From a virus, in IMG/VR virus record IMGVR_UViG_3300029351_000004, positions 1 through 43,263 of that record: a stretch of 43,263 nucleotides of DNA; one strand, 5' to 3'. The notes under the pieces are model-generated. The model worked only from the letters and a program-made list of their open reading frames with translations. It ran no database searches and was not told where the DNA came from. Every line of letters starts with the position of its first letter. Position 1 is the stretch's first letter. Below are positions 1-8,264 of the stretch, in pieces. The position numbers and the translations under genes were made by a program.

Positions 1-1490
1 TAGTTTGCCGCGGCCAGCTTTTGCAGCAGGTCCGCGCCGTATCGGTACGCCTCCAGGTAGTCCATGGTCTCCTCGGCCAGCCCGAAGCGCGCCTGTACCT
101 GGGCCCGGTAGCCCGGCGACTGCACCGGGGTCTGTCGCCATACCGCCGCCCGGAACATATCCATGGTCTTACTGTGGTAAGGCCACCAGTGCATCACGTC
201 CGCGTGGTTGGAGGCGATGCCCTTGGCATAGCCCTCCGAGTGGCACAGGATATCCGATTGGCTTAGGCCATAGGTCTTGCAAAGCTGGACGCACAGGGCC
301 ACGGCGCGGCTCCACACGGCCTCAAAATATGCGGCGGTATCCTGGGGGTTGTACGCCAGGTACGAGCCCTGGCGACTTGCCAGCTTGGCGAGGGTGGCCG
401 GTCCGCAGGACCCGTCCGCCGTGAGTCCCAGGTCCTTTTGGCAGGCCCTCAATGCCGCGTCGCAGCCGGGCCCGAAAGAGCCGTCCACCCCCTTAGGGTC
501 GTATCCTCTGGCCTGGAGCTCCATCTGGAGGCGCTGGACAGCCCAGCCAGAGGACCCCCGTTTGAGGGCAATCCACTCGGCGGGGATCAGGCGGCACTCC
601 TGGGGCTCACAAATCTCCATGCTCAGGTGGGTGTTGTTGGCCGCCCCGCCGCAGTGCCATGCCCGGCAGGTGTCCGGCAGGGTCTGGAGCGTGCGCTGGT
701 CGTCGATGGTGTAGTGGACCGCAGCCTCTGCGCCTGACCGGTCCCAGGCGGACCGGATGGTCTGGGCGTCCGCCCCCGGGGTGGCGGTTGAGTGTACCAT
801 GATCCCCTTGGGGGTGATGGTCCTCCCGGCCTTGTAGCAGTCGCTGTTGGTCATAACGGCCTGGGTGATGTCGTCCACAGGCTTGTCCTCCTTATCGCTG
901 TCGTCGGGCTTGGATGGGGCCCCCTTTTTTGTATAGACCAAGATGAGGTTGTGTACCTTCCGGTTGCTGACAATCCGCTTCCCCGCCAGATCGCACTGAG
1001 AGGAGCCGCCGCCGTCCAGCATGAGAGCGCTCTCCCACCCCAGGGCCAGTAGCTCGGCCTGGAGTTCCTCCGGAGTCCGCCCGCTGTTGGTGCAGTAGAG
1101 GCACAGCGCCCCATCCATAATCCCCATGGCTGTCCTGGGCCTGCTGCCCCCCACATCCCGGTTATAGATCAGTGTTTCGGCTTTTCCGCCCCGCAGCAAA
1201 CACACGCAGCAGATGTAACTCCGCCGTTCCGCCGCAGGGACAGAGCGCAGGGTGATGTCCGGCCCTGTGTCCCAGGCATAGCCCCAGTAGGTATACGGGT
1301 CCTTAGCATAGGTCCGCCCGTCCGCCCGGAGGTGGCATACCGCCTGGGCCCCCTGGTACAGTCCGCCGTTGATCAGATAGTCAGCCCCGGTCTCCGCCTT
1401 GATCTCGGCCAGGGTCTTGGCCGACTTGTTGACGTATATCTGGATGCGCTCGATGTCCCCCAGCGGGATGGAGGCGATGTACTTACTCAT
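1..1490 (-). CDS. Endolysin (496 aa): phosphodiester-glycosidase-like (NAGPA/DUF2233) N-domain plus Amidase_2 with an inserted PG_binding_1-like module. The stop codon lies across the circular junction (43164-43166).
   Basis: Absent from the ORF track because the window edge cuts the stop. The minus frame from ATG 1488-1490 (overlapping the upstream stop, ATGAGTAA) is open down to nt 3 and ends ...LAAAN-TAG in the terminal duplicate. Motifs read: SRPRTAMG...MLDGGGSS; GIMVHSTATPG...AWHCGG...SMEICEP; GVDGSFGPGCDAALRACQKDLGL; ILCHSEGYAKGIASNHADVMHWW. Confidence 0.85.
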   Translation of the reverse strand, partial: MSKYIASIPLGDIERIQIYVNKSAKTLAEIKAETGADYLINGGLYQGAQAVCHLRADGRTYAKDPYTYWGYAWDTGPDITLRSVPAAERRSYICCVCLLRGGKAETLIYNRDVGGSRPRTAMGIMDGALCLYCTNSGRTPEELQAELLALGWESALMLDGGGSSQCDLAGKRIVSNRKVHNLILVYTKKGAPSKPDDSDKEDKPVDDITQAVMTNSDCYKAGRTITPKGIMVHSTATPGADAQTIRSAWDRSGAEAAVHYTIDDQRTLQTLPDTCRAWHCGGAANNTHLSMEICEPQECRLIPAEWIALKRGSSGWAVQRLQMELQARGYDPKGVDGSFGPGCDAALRACQKDLGLTADGSCGPATLAKLASRQGSYLAYNPQDTAAYFEAVWSRAVALCVQLCKTYGLSQSDILCHSEGYAKGIASNHADVMHWWPYHSKTMDMFRAAVWRQTPVQSPGYRAQVQARFGLAEETMDYLEAYRYGADLLQKLAAAN

Positions 1491-1821
1491 CGTCGTCGCA
1501 AAGTCCGCTTGACTCTGCCTCCACAGCCCCGCGCATCAGCTCCACCGCCTCGGCGTACCGCCCCGCCCTGCGCAGCTCCACCAGTGCGGCGTAGCAATCA
1601 AATACCGCCTGAGTGAGGGCCGCTCCCTCTTTGGTCAGTCCGGGCAGGTCCTCCGCCAGTGCGGCGTAATCCACATCCCCCGCGCCCCTGTAGTGGGGCA
1701 GCGTGGGGTCCCCGGCGTTTCTGGCATTAGCCAGGAACATATCCTTCGCGTTCTGCGGCTCCGCGTGATTGACTTCGGCGATGTCCATGATCTCGTTGAT
1801 GTACTCGTAGAGGTGTTTCAT
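1483..1821 (-). CDS. Hypothetical protein (about 112 aa) just upstream of the endolysin
   Basis: Track ORF 1483..1878. Start moved to MKHLYEYINE (ATG 1819-1821), which follows an AAAGGA-type RBS. No TM segment or recognisable motif. Confidence 0.55.
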   Translation of the reverse strand: MKHLYEYINEIMDIAEVNHAEPQNAKDMFLANARNAGDPTLPHYRGAGDVDYAALAEDLPGLTKEGAALTQAVFDCYAALVELRRAGRYAEAVELMRGAVEAESSGLCDDDE

Positions 1822-1906
1822 CTCTGCTTCATCCTTTCTGTCATTAGATTTCCAAATTATAAGAACAGCCATTGCCATAGGCGGCGAGCTTAGTATGCAT
1901 TATGCA

Positions 1907-2974
1907 TTAGGTGAGTTTCACCACCCAAACTGTGCTTATCCCAGCGTCAGAAATGTATAGAGTGCTGCTCCCATTTTTTAAGGTTGTAACATTTATTCCA
2001 GCGTCTGAGGTGCTTTTAGCTTTAGCTCTAAAACAAATACAATATTGGGAAGTGCTATCGTTTTTCCCAATAGCTCCGATATAAGTTGATGTAGTACCAT
2101 TCGCTATAGCAGTGTCAAGCGCCATATAGGTTACATTGATTCCACATTTGACCTTTAAATAAAGTCCTGACGTTACTTCTGCGGCTGTCAGTATGTCGAA
2201 ATTACCTACAAAGTTTGTGGTGTCCAGGGTTTTAACTAACGTCTCGCTTTTTATATCTGCGGTCCCGGTAATTTGAACACCTTTTACCCAGGCGGTTTTA
2301 CCGCTGGCGATATCAGCGGCTACAGCGGTCCCGGCTGTTTGGGTGGATAGAAAGTTTGCTTGTACTTTTTCTGTTCCGGGATGATAGCCCTTTGGAATCG
2401 TATGAGCTTGACCGCAGTCGAGATAGGTAATAGCAGTATTTCTAGATACCATACTGCCAGTTACTTTTACCCCGTCGGCATATGCGGTCTTACCAGATAA
2501 AATATCCCCCGCCGCCGCGGTCGCATCCGAGGTCATGCTCTCCAATGTCGGGCACTGGTGGGCCCCCGTGATTTTTGTCCCGTTCACCCATGCCGTCTTC
2601 CCGTCCGCGAGGTCCGCCTCCGTCGCCGTTCCCTGCGTCTGGGTGGACAAGCTGTTGGCCGTCACCTGCCCGGCGCCGTTGTGATACCCCGCTGGAATGG
2701 TGTAGGACCCGCCCGCGTTGATGGCCGCCGTCTTGGCGCCCTGGTTTGCCATGACGCCCGTCAGCTTCTCCCCATTGACGTAGGCCGTTTTGCCGGACAG
2801 CAGGTCCCCCGCCGCAGCAGTGGCGTCCGAGGTATCCAGCGGTACCAGCGTCCCCGTAATCATCCCGCCTGTCTGGTTGATGGCCTGTTTGCCCGCGAGG
2901 ATATCCCCGGAACTGGCCGGGTCGGTCAGCGCGGGCAGCTCCGCCCCTTCGATACTCCCCTGAAATCCGTTCAT
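1907..2974 (-). CDS. Tail fibre / receptor-binding protein (355 aa) with internal repeats
   Basis: Track ORF 1907..3028 trimmed to MNGFQGS. Its ATG overlaps the upstream TGA (CTGATGA). It has five copies of a GD(I/L)LxGKTAxVxGxx(I/L)TG motif and a duplicated module of about 110 aa. Confidence 0.75.
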   Translation of the reverse strand: MNGFQGSIEGAELPALTDPASSGDILAGKQAINQTGGMITGTLVPLDTSDATAAAGDLLSGKTAYVNGEKLTGVMANQGAKTAAINAGGSYTIPAGYHNGAGQVTANSLSTQTQGTATEADLADGKTAWVNGTKITGAHQCPTLESMTSDATAAAGDILSGKTAYADGVKVTGSMVSRNTAITYLDCGQAHTIPKGYHPGTEKVQANFLSTQTAGTAVAADIASGKTAWVKGVQITGTADIKSETLVKTLDTTNFVGNFDILTAAEVTSGLYLKVKCGINVTYMALDTAIANGTTSTYIGAIGKNDSTSQYCICFRAKAKSTSDAGINVTTLKNGSSTLYISDAGISTVWVVKLT

Positions 2975-3102
2975 CAGCACGGTACGCCACCCCCCACGAT
3001 CTCTTCCGCCTGATCGGCAGTGATCCACTTCGGGGCCATGGAGCGCACCTGCTCCGCCGTCAGACGGCCCAGACGATACTGGATGCGAATAAACTCATAC
3101 AT
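2974..3102 (-). CDS. XkdX-like small protein (42 aa)
   Basis: Below the ORF-track size cutoff. Translation MYEFIRIQYRLGRLTAEQVRSMAPKWITADQAEEIVGGGVPC fits the XkdX pattern (Y..G..T.EQV...WIT..Q.EEI.G). Translationally coupled on both sides. Confidence 0.65.
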   Translation of the reverse strand: MYEFIRIQYRLGRLTAEQVRSMAPKWITADQAEEIVGGGVPC

Positions 3103-3265
3103 CGCCCGTCCCTCCCATCATCAGCTCCAGTATGGCCGCCTCCAGCGCGGAGAGCCGTTCCGCCTCTGTGGGCGAGATGGGAGGCTGGGCCTGTCTCATG
3201 GCCTCCAGCTCCGCGAGCTCTTCTGCTGTTGCGTCGCGGTAGATGCCGTTATCGCAGATTCTCAT
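3095..3265 (-). CDS. Small protein (56 aa) in the XkdW position between fibre and XkdX-like gene
   Basis: Below the track cutoff. Starts 1 nt after the fibre stop (TGAAATG). Translation MRICDNGIYRDATAEELAELEAMRQAQPPISPTEAERLSALEAAILELMMGGTGDV. The call rests on position only. Confidence 0.5.
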   Translation of the reverse strand: MRICDNGIYRDATAEELAELEAMRQAQPPISPTEAERLSALEAAILELMMGGTGDV

Positions 3266-3266
3266 T

Positions 3267-5522
3267 TCACATTGCCTCCACTAAAAAGATACTTCCCGTG
3301 CCAAAATAACTTGTCCCCCAGGTATGTAGCCGCACCTCTTGACCGTTAGAGCGAACTGTCCCAAGAACCCCCGTGGACCAAGCGGCCTCGCCCTTGCTGA
3401 AAGTACCAGCAATGCGAAATGCGCCAATATCTAAAACTATCAATTCAGTCCCGTAATCCGAGTGACTAGCCGAATTGTCTTGTGTCGGTACAAAGGTGGG
3501 CCACCTCGCTATTTCTGACCCACATATAGTCGTTACCATTGGGCCAGACTCGCTTTGGTTGTTGCTGGGGGATAGCTTTACCGATATCCTGACTGTCTTT
3601 GCTGTATCCGGAACCGAAACTGATACGGCCTGAACATCCTCGGTAAGGGTAGTATTAAGCAGTGTGTTCCACTCTCCGCCCCCACCCGGCGCGCTCACCT
3701 TGCCCCACGCTCCGTCCACCACGCCCGCATACATGCCGTTGTCCTCTGCGGTCACCGTGGGGAGGCCGACGCCATCCGCACCTGCGGGACCCTGCGGGCC
3801 GGTGTCACCTTTTGGCCCCTGCGGACCCGGCGCTGTCCACAACCGCCCGTCGTCATCCACACCCACGCTCTGGGTCATGGCGTCGTCTGCCGTCTCGGGC
3901 GATACGCCGCCCAGGGTCCCGGGCCCCGCCAGCGGGAGCCGATAGCTACGTCCAGTCGAGACAAAACCGTCTGCGGTAACGTTAATGTTCATGCAGGCGC
4001 TTGCAAAGCAGAATGTCGCGTCAATCGCCGTGATATCGGAAAGCGGCGCATAACCGGTAAGGGGCCCCTCCACGACCTTCCCAATGCAGTTGTCTCCCGC
4101 GTCATGCGCGGCTTTGATTTCCGCAAAGGTTTTATCCGCGCTGCACTCGCCGTCTGCATACGTAAATGTCACCCAGAAAGGGGTTGCCCCTCCGGATGGG
4201 TCCACCCAGACCGCAGCTCCGCCACTCCTGCCCAGCACCTGCCCGTCCGTCCCCCCGGGCGGGACCAGCGATCCGGCGTCCTGTGTCACCACCCCTCCGA
4301 AGTTGGCCGTGCACGGGAGGTCCACGGTGGGCTTGTCCCCGTCGGCAATCAGGGTCACGGCCCCGTCCGTCTGACTCTGGATGGAGAGGAGGGCCGCCCG
4401 TGCCGCCGCCCGCTGTGCGTCCGTGGCCCCCTGTGTCAGCCCGATCTCCCCAAAGCTGTCCGCCAGGAGCCCCGCCACAGCCACCGTCTGGGTGTAGGAG
4501 GCGGCCTCGCCGGTCCATCCGGCGGCGGTCAGCACCACGTCCACACTGGTTCCGTAGGCGCTGATGGCCTCCGCCGCGTCCACCGCGGCGTCTGCGCTCT
4601 GCCGGGCCTCTCCCGCCTTGGCCGTGGCCGTCGCACACGCTGTCTGAGCCTGGTCCCGGGCCGTCTCCGCCCCGGTTTTGGCCGTCACTGCGGCGCTCTG
4701 GGCGGACGTGGCCGCGCTCGCAGCGGTATGCGCCGTCTGGGCCGACTGCGCCGCCGACAATCCCGATGCGGAAGCTTCCCCCGCCTTAGCTGCCGCTGTC
4801 TGGGCAGATGTGGAGGCGGAGGAGGCGGACGCTGCCGCCGCCGTCTCGCTGGCTTTGGCGTTGTTCTCCGAGGTCTTGGCCGCCGTCTCACTGTTTCCCG
4901 CCGCAGCGGCCGAGGCGGAGGCTGCCGCCGCGCTGTTTCCCGCCGCGTTCGCGCTACTCGCCGCAGCGGCCGCACTTTTCTCAGCGCCCTGTGCGCTGCT
5001 CGCCGCTGTAGCGGCGGATGCTGTAGCTTCTGCGGCCTTCTGTGTAGCCGTAGCCGCCCCCGCCTGGGCAATGCCCGCTTGTTCCGACATATCCTCTAGC
5101 AGCGTGTCGATCTGTGCCTGGAGCTGTTCGGCCTGGGTGGGAGTGGGGTCCGTGGGGTCCGACGGCACGATGGGCGCGTGCTTCACCAGCAGGCGTACCG
5201 CCACACTCCGCGCCCGCACCCCGTCCGTATAGCCATCCACCACCATCGTGCACTCCCCAGCGTAGGCAAGAGGTTCCGGCGGGATCACGGTTCGGTAGAG
5301 TCTGGTATTGTCCGCCAGGTCCACCAGCAGGTCCGCAGTCAGCGTCCGCACCACAGGGTCCTGTCCCAGCGCGTTGATCCAAGTGAGCTTTTTCGCCATG
5401 CCGTCCCAGTCCTCACCAAAGGAGATCAGCAGACTCGTTGCGTTGCCCTCTCCCTGGGTACCTGCGCAGCCGGAGGTCTTTTTCACCTCATACCCTATGA
5501 TCTGCATTTGGATTTCTCGCAT
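3267..5522 (-). CDS. Tail fibre (751 aa): BppU_N/DUF2479-like N-terminus, long Ala/Ser/Thr-rich rod, collagen-like G-X-Y run, lower-GC C-terminal domain
   Basis: Track ORF with RBS AAAGGAGGG 6 nt upstream of the ATG. GPQGPKGDTGPQGPAGADG is encoded at 3771-3827. The A/S/T-rich stretch lies at about 4560-5075. Confidence 0.8.
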   Translation of the reverse strand: MREIQMQIIGYEVKKTSGCAGTQGEGNATSLLISFGEDWDGMAKKLTWINALGQDPVVRTLTADLLVDLADNTRLYRTVIPPEPLAYAGECTMVVDGYTDGVRARSVAVRLLVKHAPIVPSDPTDPTPTQAEQLQAQIDTLLEDMSEQAGIAQAGAATATQKAAEATASAATAASSAQGAEKSAAAAASSANAAGNSAAAASASAAAAGNSETAAKTSENNAKASETAAAASASSASTSAQTAAAKAGEASASGLSAAQSAQTAHTAASAATSAQSAAVTAKTGAETARDQAQTACATATAKAGEARQSADAAVDAAEAISAYGTSVDVVLTAAGWTGEAASYTQTVAVAGLLADSFGEIGLTQGATDAQRAAARAALLSIQSQTDGAVTLIADGDKPTVDLPCTANFGGVVTQDAGSLVPPGGTDGQVLGRSGGAAVWVDPSGGATPFWVTFTYADGECSADKTFAEIKAAHDAGDNCIGKVVEGPLTGYAPLSDITAIDATFCFASACMNINVTADGFVSTGRSYRLPLAGPGTLGGVSPETADDAMTQSVGVDDDGRLWTAPGPQGPKGDTGPQGPAGADGVGLPTVTAEDNGMYAGVVDGAWGKVSAPGGGGEWNTLLNTTLTEDVQAVSVSVPDTAKTVRISVKLSPSNNQSESGPMVTTICGSEIARWPTFVPTQDNSASHSDYGTELIVLDIGAFRIAGTFSKGEAAWSTGVLGTVRSNGQEVRLHTWGTSYFGTGSIFLVEAM

Positions 5523-5545
5523 TTCATTCCCTCCTTTCTATGGGC

Positions 5546-5600
5546 GAAAAAACGCAGCGAAGCAGGAGGCTGTTTCAGTCTGCCTCCGTACTTCGCTGCG
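5546..5600 (-). terminator. Rho-independent terminator between the head genes and the fibre gene
   Basis: Minus strand reads GCAGCGAAGTACGGAGGC-AGACTGAAACA-GCCTCCTGCTTCGCTGC followed by TTTTTT. Confidence 0.7.
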
Positions 5601-5675
5601 CCGTGTCGCATCGTCGCCACACCCTTCATATCCCTCGCTTCCGGCTAAAGCCGAAAGCTCGCTCATTTCGGGGTG

Positions 5676-5720
5676 TCTCCTCTCCCCAAAAATGGCGCAG
5701 CCGTTTTTGGGGACCCCGGA
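5676..5720 (-). repeat. Late-operon intergenic hairpin element, copy 1 of 6
   Basis: Plus strand reads CTCCTCTCCCC-AAAAATGGC-GCA-GCCGTTTTT-GGGGACCCCGG. Its flanks are shared with the other copies. Confidence 0.7.
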
Positions 5721-5746
5721 GAGTGGGTCCCGCGGATGGTTCTTGT

Positions 5747-6043
5747 TTAGTTGAGGTCGGCCAGCGCCTTGGAGCTGCCCCTCTGAGCCCCCTCCATGTA
5801 GGCGTAGGCCGCCATCTCCTGCGCCTCGGCGTTGTCCAGGACTTCCTTAAACTTCCGCTTGATCTTAACCTTCTCGCCCCGCTTAATGCGGATGTTCTCT
5901 CCGTTTACCTGGCAGAAAATAGTCTGATCGGCCTTGCCCAGGATGACCGGGGCCATGTAGCCCACCAGCTCCTCCATGGGGTCGTCGGTGATCTCCTTGA
6001 CGGAGTCATCGGTCTGCCTGGTCTCTTTCTGCTTGGTCTCCAT
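5747..6043 (-). CDS. Hypothetical protein (98 aa) downstream of the capsid gene, possibly a head-associated protein
   Basis: Track ORF with RBS AAAGGAGGAAACGATC before the ATG. No recognisable motif. Confidence 0.6.
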   Translation of the reverse strand: METKQKETRQTDDSVKEITDDPMEELVGYMAPVILGKADQTIFCQVNGENIRIKRGEKVKIKRKFKEVLDNAEAQEMAAYAYMEGAQRGSSKALADLN

Positions 6044-6139
6044 GATCGTTTCCTCCTTTTTGCTCTGCCTTTGTTGTTGCCGTCACGCTTGGATTGGACG
6101 CGCTGTCAACTCCCCCGCGCGTCTATCCTCGCGCTTGTC

Positions 6140-7162
6140 TCAGGCTGTGGCGCCGCTCTCAATGCGGGTCAGGTACTGGGGAACCAGAATCTTCGCCACC
6201 TTAGTGGCCTTCCACCCGCAGGTGGCCCGCTGGTTCAGGGGGTCGCCGGTGCCGGCGGAGCCAAGCTGCTTGACGATGTGCTGGAGGCCGCCGCCGGTGA
6301 TCTCGGTCACGCCGTAAGCGTCATCGGCGATGATGAGGGTGGCGTATACGTCAACGGCCACAGCGCCCGAGCCGGAGGGGACGGCCCCCGCCTGCTTGAA
6401 CACCTTGGCCCGGCTGGACTGGACAAACCGCACGCCGTACAGCTCGCCGATCTCATTCTGGTAAATGTTCTCGGTGTCGGTGTACTGGTGGGGGTACTTC
6501 CAGTCCACGTCCTTCATCAAGTCATATTTCACGTTGGGGTGAATGATGCCGATGTAGTAGCCGTTGATCTTGGGCGCGTCCTGGGCTTCCAGGTCCCGGA
6601 CCGCCTTCTTCACGTCGTCCACCGTCAGAACGTCGGCGGCGGTGATGGTGTTCCGGGCAGACTTGCCGCCGGAGTACCGCACGTTTGTGCCGGCGGCCAG
6701 GACCTCCCGGGTGATGGTGTCCAGCGTCCGACCGGCCTGGGATGCGATGAGCTTGGTTGCCTGCACCAAGTTGTTGTCGATGGCGCTGAGCATCAGCATG
6801 TCGGAAATGGTCACGTAGCCGCCGTACTGGCTCACGGAGGCGGTGACTGCCTTCACGTCAAGGCTCTGGCCGTCGGGGGTAACGCCCTCCGTCAGCGCCG
6901 TGGTCAGCTCGGGAAGGGGGTCGTACTGGCGGAACTCAATCGTCTTGCCGTTGTTGGCGGGAATGGGGTGCTTCTGCCCGAACTGATCATGCACCAGCTC
7001 CGGCTCGGCCAGGTCGATGAGGTAGTCGGAGTAGTAGGTCTTCATCTCCACCGACAGGTCGTTGCCGGTGGTGTTGGCCGTGGTCACGTTGGTATTGAGG
7101 TCGCCATCGAAGCGGCCCAGGTCGAACAGGCCCATAGCGAACTGCCGAAATTTCTCTTTCAT
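6140..7162 (-). CDS. Major capsid protein (340 aa), N4-gp56-family-like HK97 fold
   Basis: Track ORF 6140..7267 trimmed to MKEKFRQF, which follows RBS AGAGGAG. The segment FGQKHPIPANNGKTIEFRQYDPLPELTTALTEGVTPDGQSL...VSQYGGYVTISDML matches my memory of the N4-gp56 capsid family. Confidence 0.8.
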   Translation of the reverse strand: MKEKFRQFAMGLFDLGRFDGDLNTNVTTANTTGNDLSVEMKTYYSDYLIDLAEPELVHDQFGQKHPIPANNGKTIEFRQYDPLPELTTALTEGVTPDGQSLDVKAVTASVSQYGGYVTISDMLMLSAIDNNLVQATKLIASQAGRTLDTITREVLAAGTNVRYSGGKSARNTITAADVLTVDDVKKAVRDLEAQDAPKINGYYIGIIHPNVKYDLMKDVDWKYPHQYTDTENIYQNEIGELYGVRFVQSSRAKVFKQAGAVPSGSGAVAVDVYATLIIADDAYGVTEITGGGLQHIVKQLGSAGTGDPLNQRATCGWKATKVAKILVPQYLTRIESGATA

Positions 7163-7187
7163 GTTGATAATCTCCTCTTCTGCTTCG

Positions 7188-8264
7188 TTAGAAGCTGATG
7201 ATTTCGCCCCTCTGGGCTCTCCGGGCGATCTCCGCCCGGTCCTTCTTCGAGAGCTTGGAGACATCATCCTTCACCGTAAAAGCGCTCTGCGCGGCGGTCC
7301 CGTTCTCAGCCGGTCTCGCCCCTCTGGCCCGTACCTGGGCCACCACCTTCTGTTCCTGCCGGGCCGCCGTCACCGAAACGGCGTCTCCCACCAGCTCGTC
7401 AAAGTGCAGCACCTTGTATGCATGCTCAACGGGTGTTCCGGCCTTCAGCATAGCCAGGAACTGAGGGTTCTTGACCTCTGTGGACAGGTCGAACTTGGGG
7501 AACTTGGCCTTCAGGGCCTCGGCCTCGGAAACCCACTGCCTGGTCTGCCTCTCGGCCCTCTCCGCGCCCTGGCGCTGCCGCTGCAGTTCCACAAGCTCCG
7601 CGTTCTGCCGCTTCAGCTTCTGGAACTGCTTGTACTGCTCTACGCTCATACCGGCCTCATCGGCGGCGCCGGCCCAGTAGGCGTCATCCTCTTCGATCGC
7701 CTTCCGGAGCTTTCCCAGGTCCCCGTCTTCGATGTTGTAGCGTCCCATGAGGATCCGCAGGACCGATTGGCTCTTGGCGTTCTGCTCCCGCAGATCCTCG
7801 GTCTCCTTGAAGCGTTGGTTGATGAGGTGCTGGGTGTCCTCGGTGTATAGGTCCTTGTACTCGCCCTCCATCAAATCCCGGTAGGCCTTCCGGCGCTCGT
7901 CCGGGGTTTTGGCTTCCGCGGTGTCCTTGGTGATGTCAGTACCATCCCCGGCGACGGAATGGCTATCCCCGGCGCTCTGTCCATCCGTCTGCGACTCTGC
8001 CGCATTACGGATGGGGCGTTCCCCTTGCGGGGACTGCCTGCCGTAGAGGATATGCGCTGTGGTCCCGCCCGACTGGGCAGCCGTTTGCGGCTTTGCCGCA
8101 TTACGGATGCCGCGTACCCCTTGCGGGTGATTTCCCTTCCCGGCGACGGAAGGGGCTGCCTGGGTCCCGCCCGTGGCGCCGCTCGCACCTCCGTCACCGC
8201 CGCCAACGGCGGCTCCGCCGTCAAAACGGGAGAGGTCGAAGAGCAGCTTTTGCTTGTCCAGCAT
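7188..8264 (-). CDS. Scaffolding protein (358 aa)
   Basis: Lies between the protease and the capsid gene. The C-terminal half is charged and coiled-coil-like. RBS AAAAGGAGGAAACTCT precedes the ATG. The N-terminus carries LFDLSRFDG, a motif shared with the capsid protein. Confidence 0.7.
   Translation of the reverse strand: MLDKQKLLFDLSRFDGGAAVGGGDGGASGATGGTQAAPSVAGKGNHPQGVRGIRNAAKPQTAAQSGGTTAHILYGRQSPQGERPIRNAAESQTDGQSAGDSHSVAGDGTDITKDTAEAKTPDERRKAYRDLMEGEYKDLYTEDTQHLINQRFKETEDLREQNAKSQSVLRILMGRYNIEDGDLGKLRKAIEEDDAYWAGAADEAGMSVEQYKQFQKLKRQNAELVELQRQRQGAERAERQTRQWVSEAEALKAKFPKFDLSTEVKNPQFLAMLKAGTPVEHAYKVLHFDELVGDAVSVTAARQEQKVVAQVRARGARPAENGTAAQSAFTVKDDVSKLSKKDRAEIARRAQRGEIISF

Noticed and set aside
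1907-5522. Possible diversity-generating retroelement acting on the repetitive fibre genes.
   Set aside because: There is no reverse transcriptase ORF anywhere in the genome. There is also no template/variable repeat pair with adenine-specific differences. The repeats are in-gene duplications.
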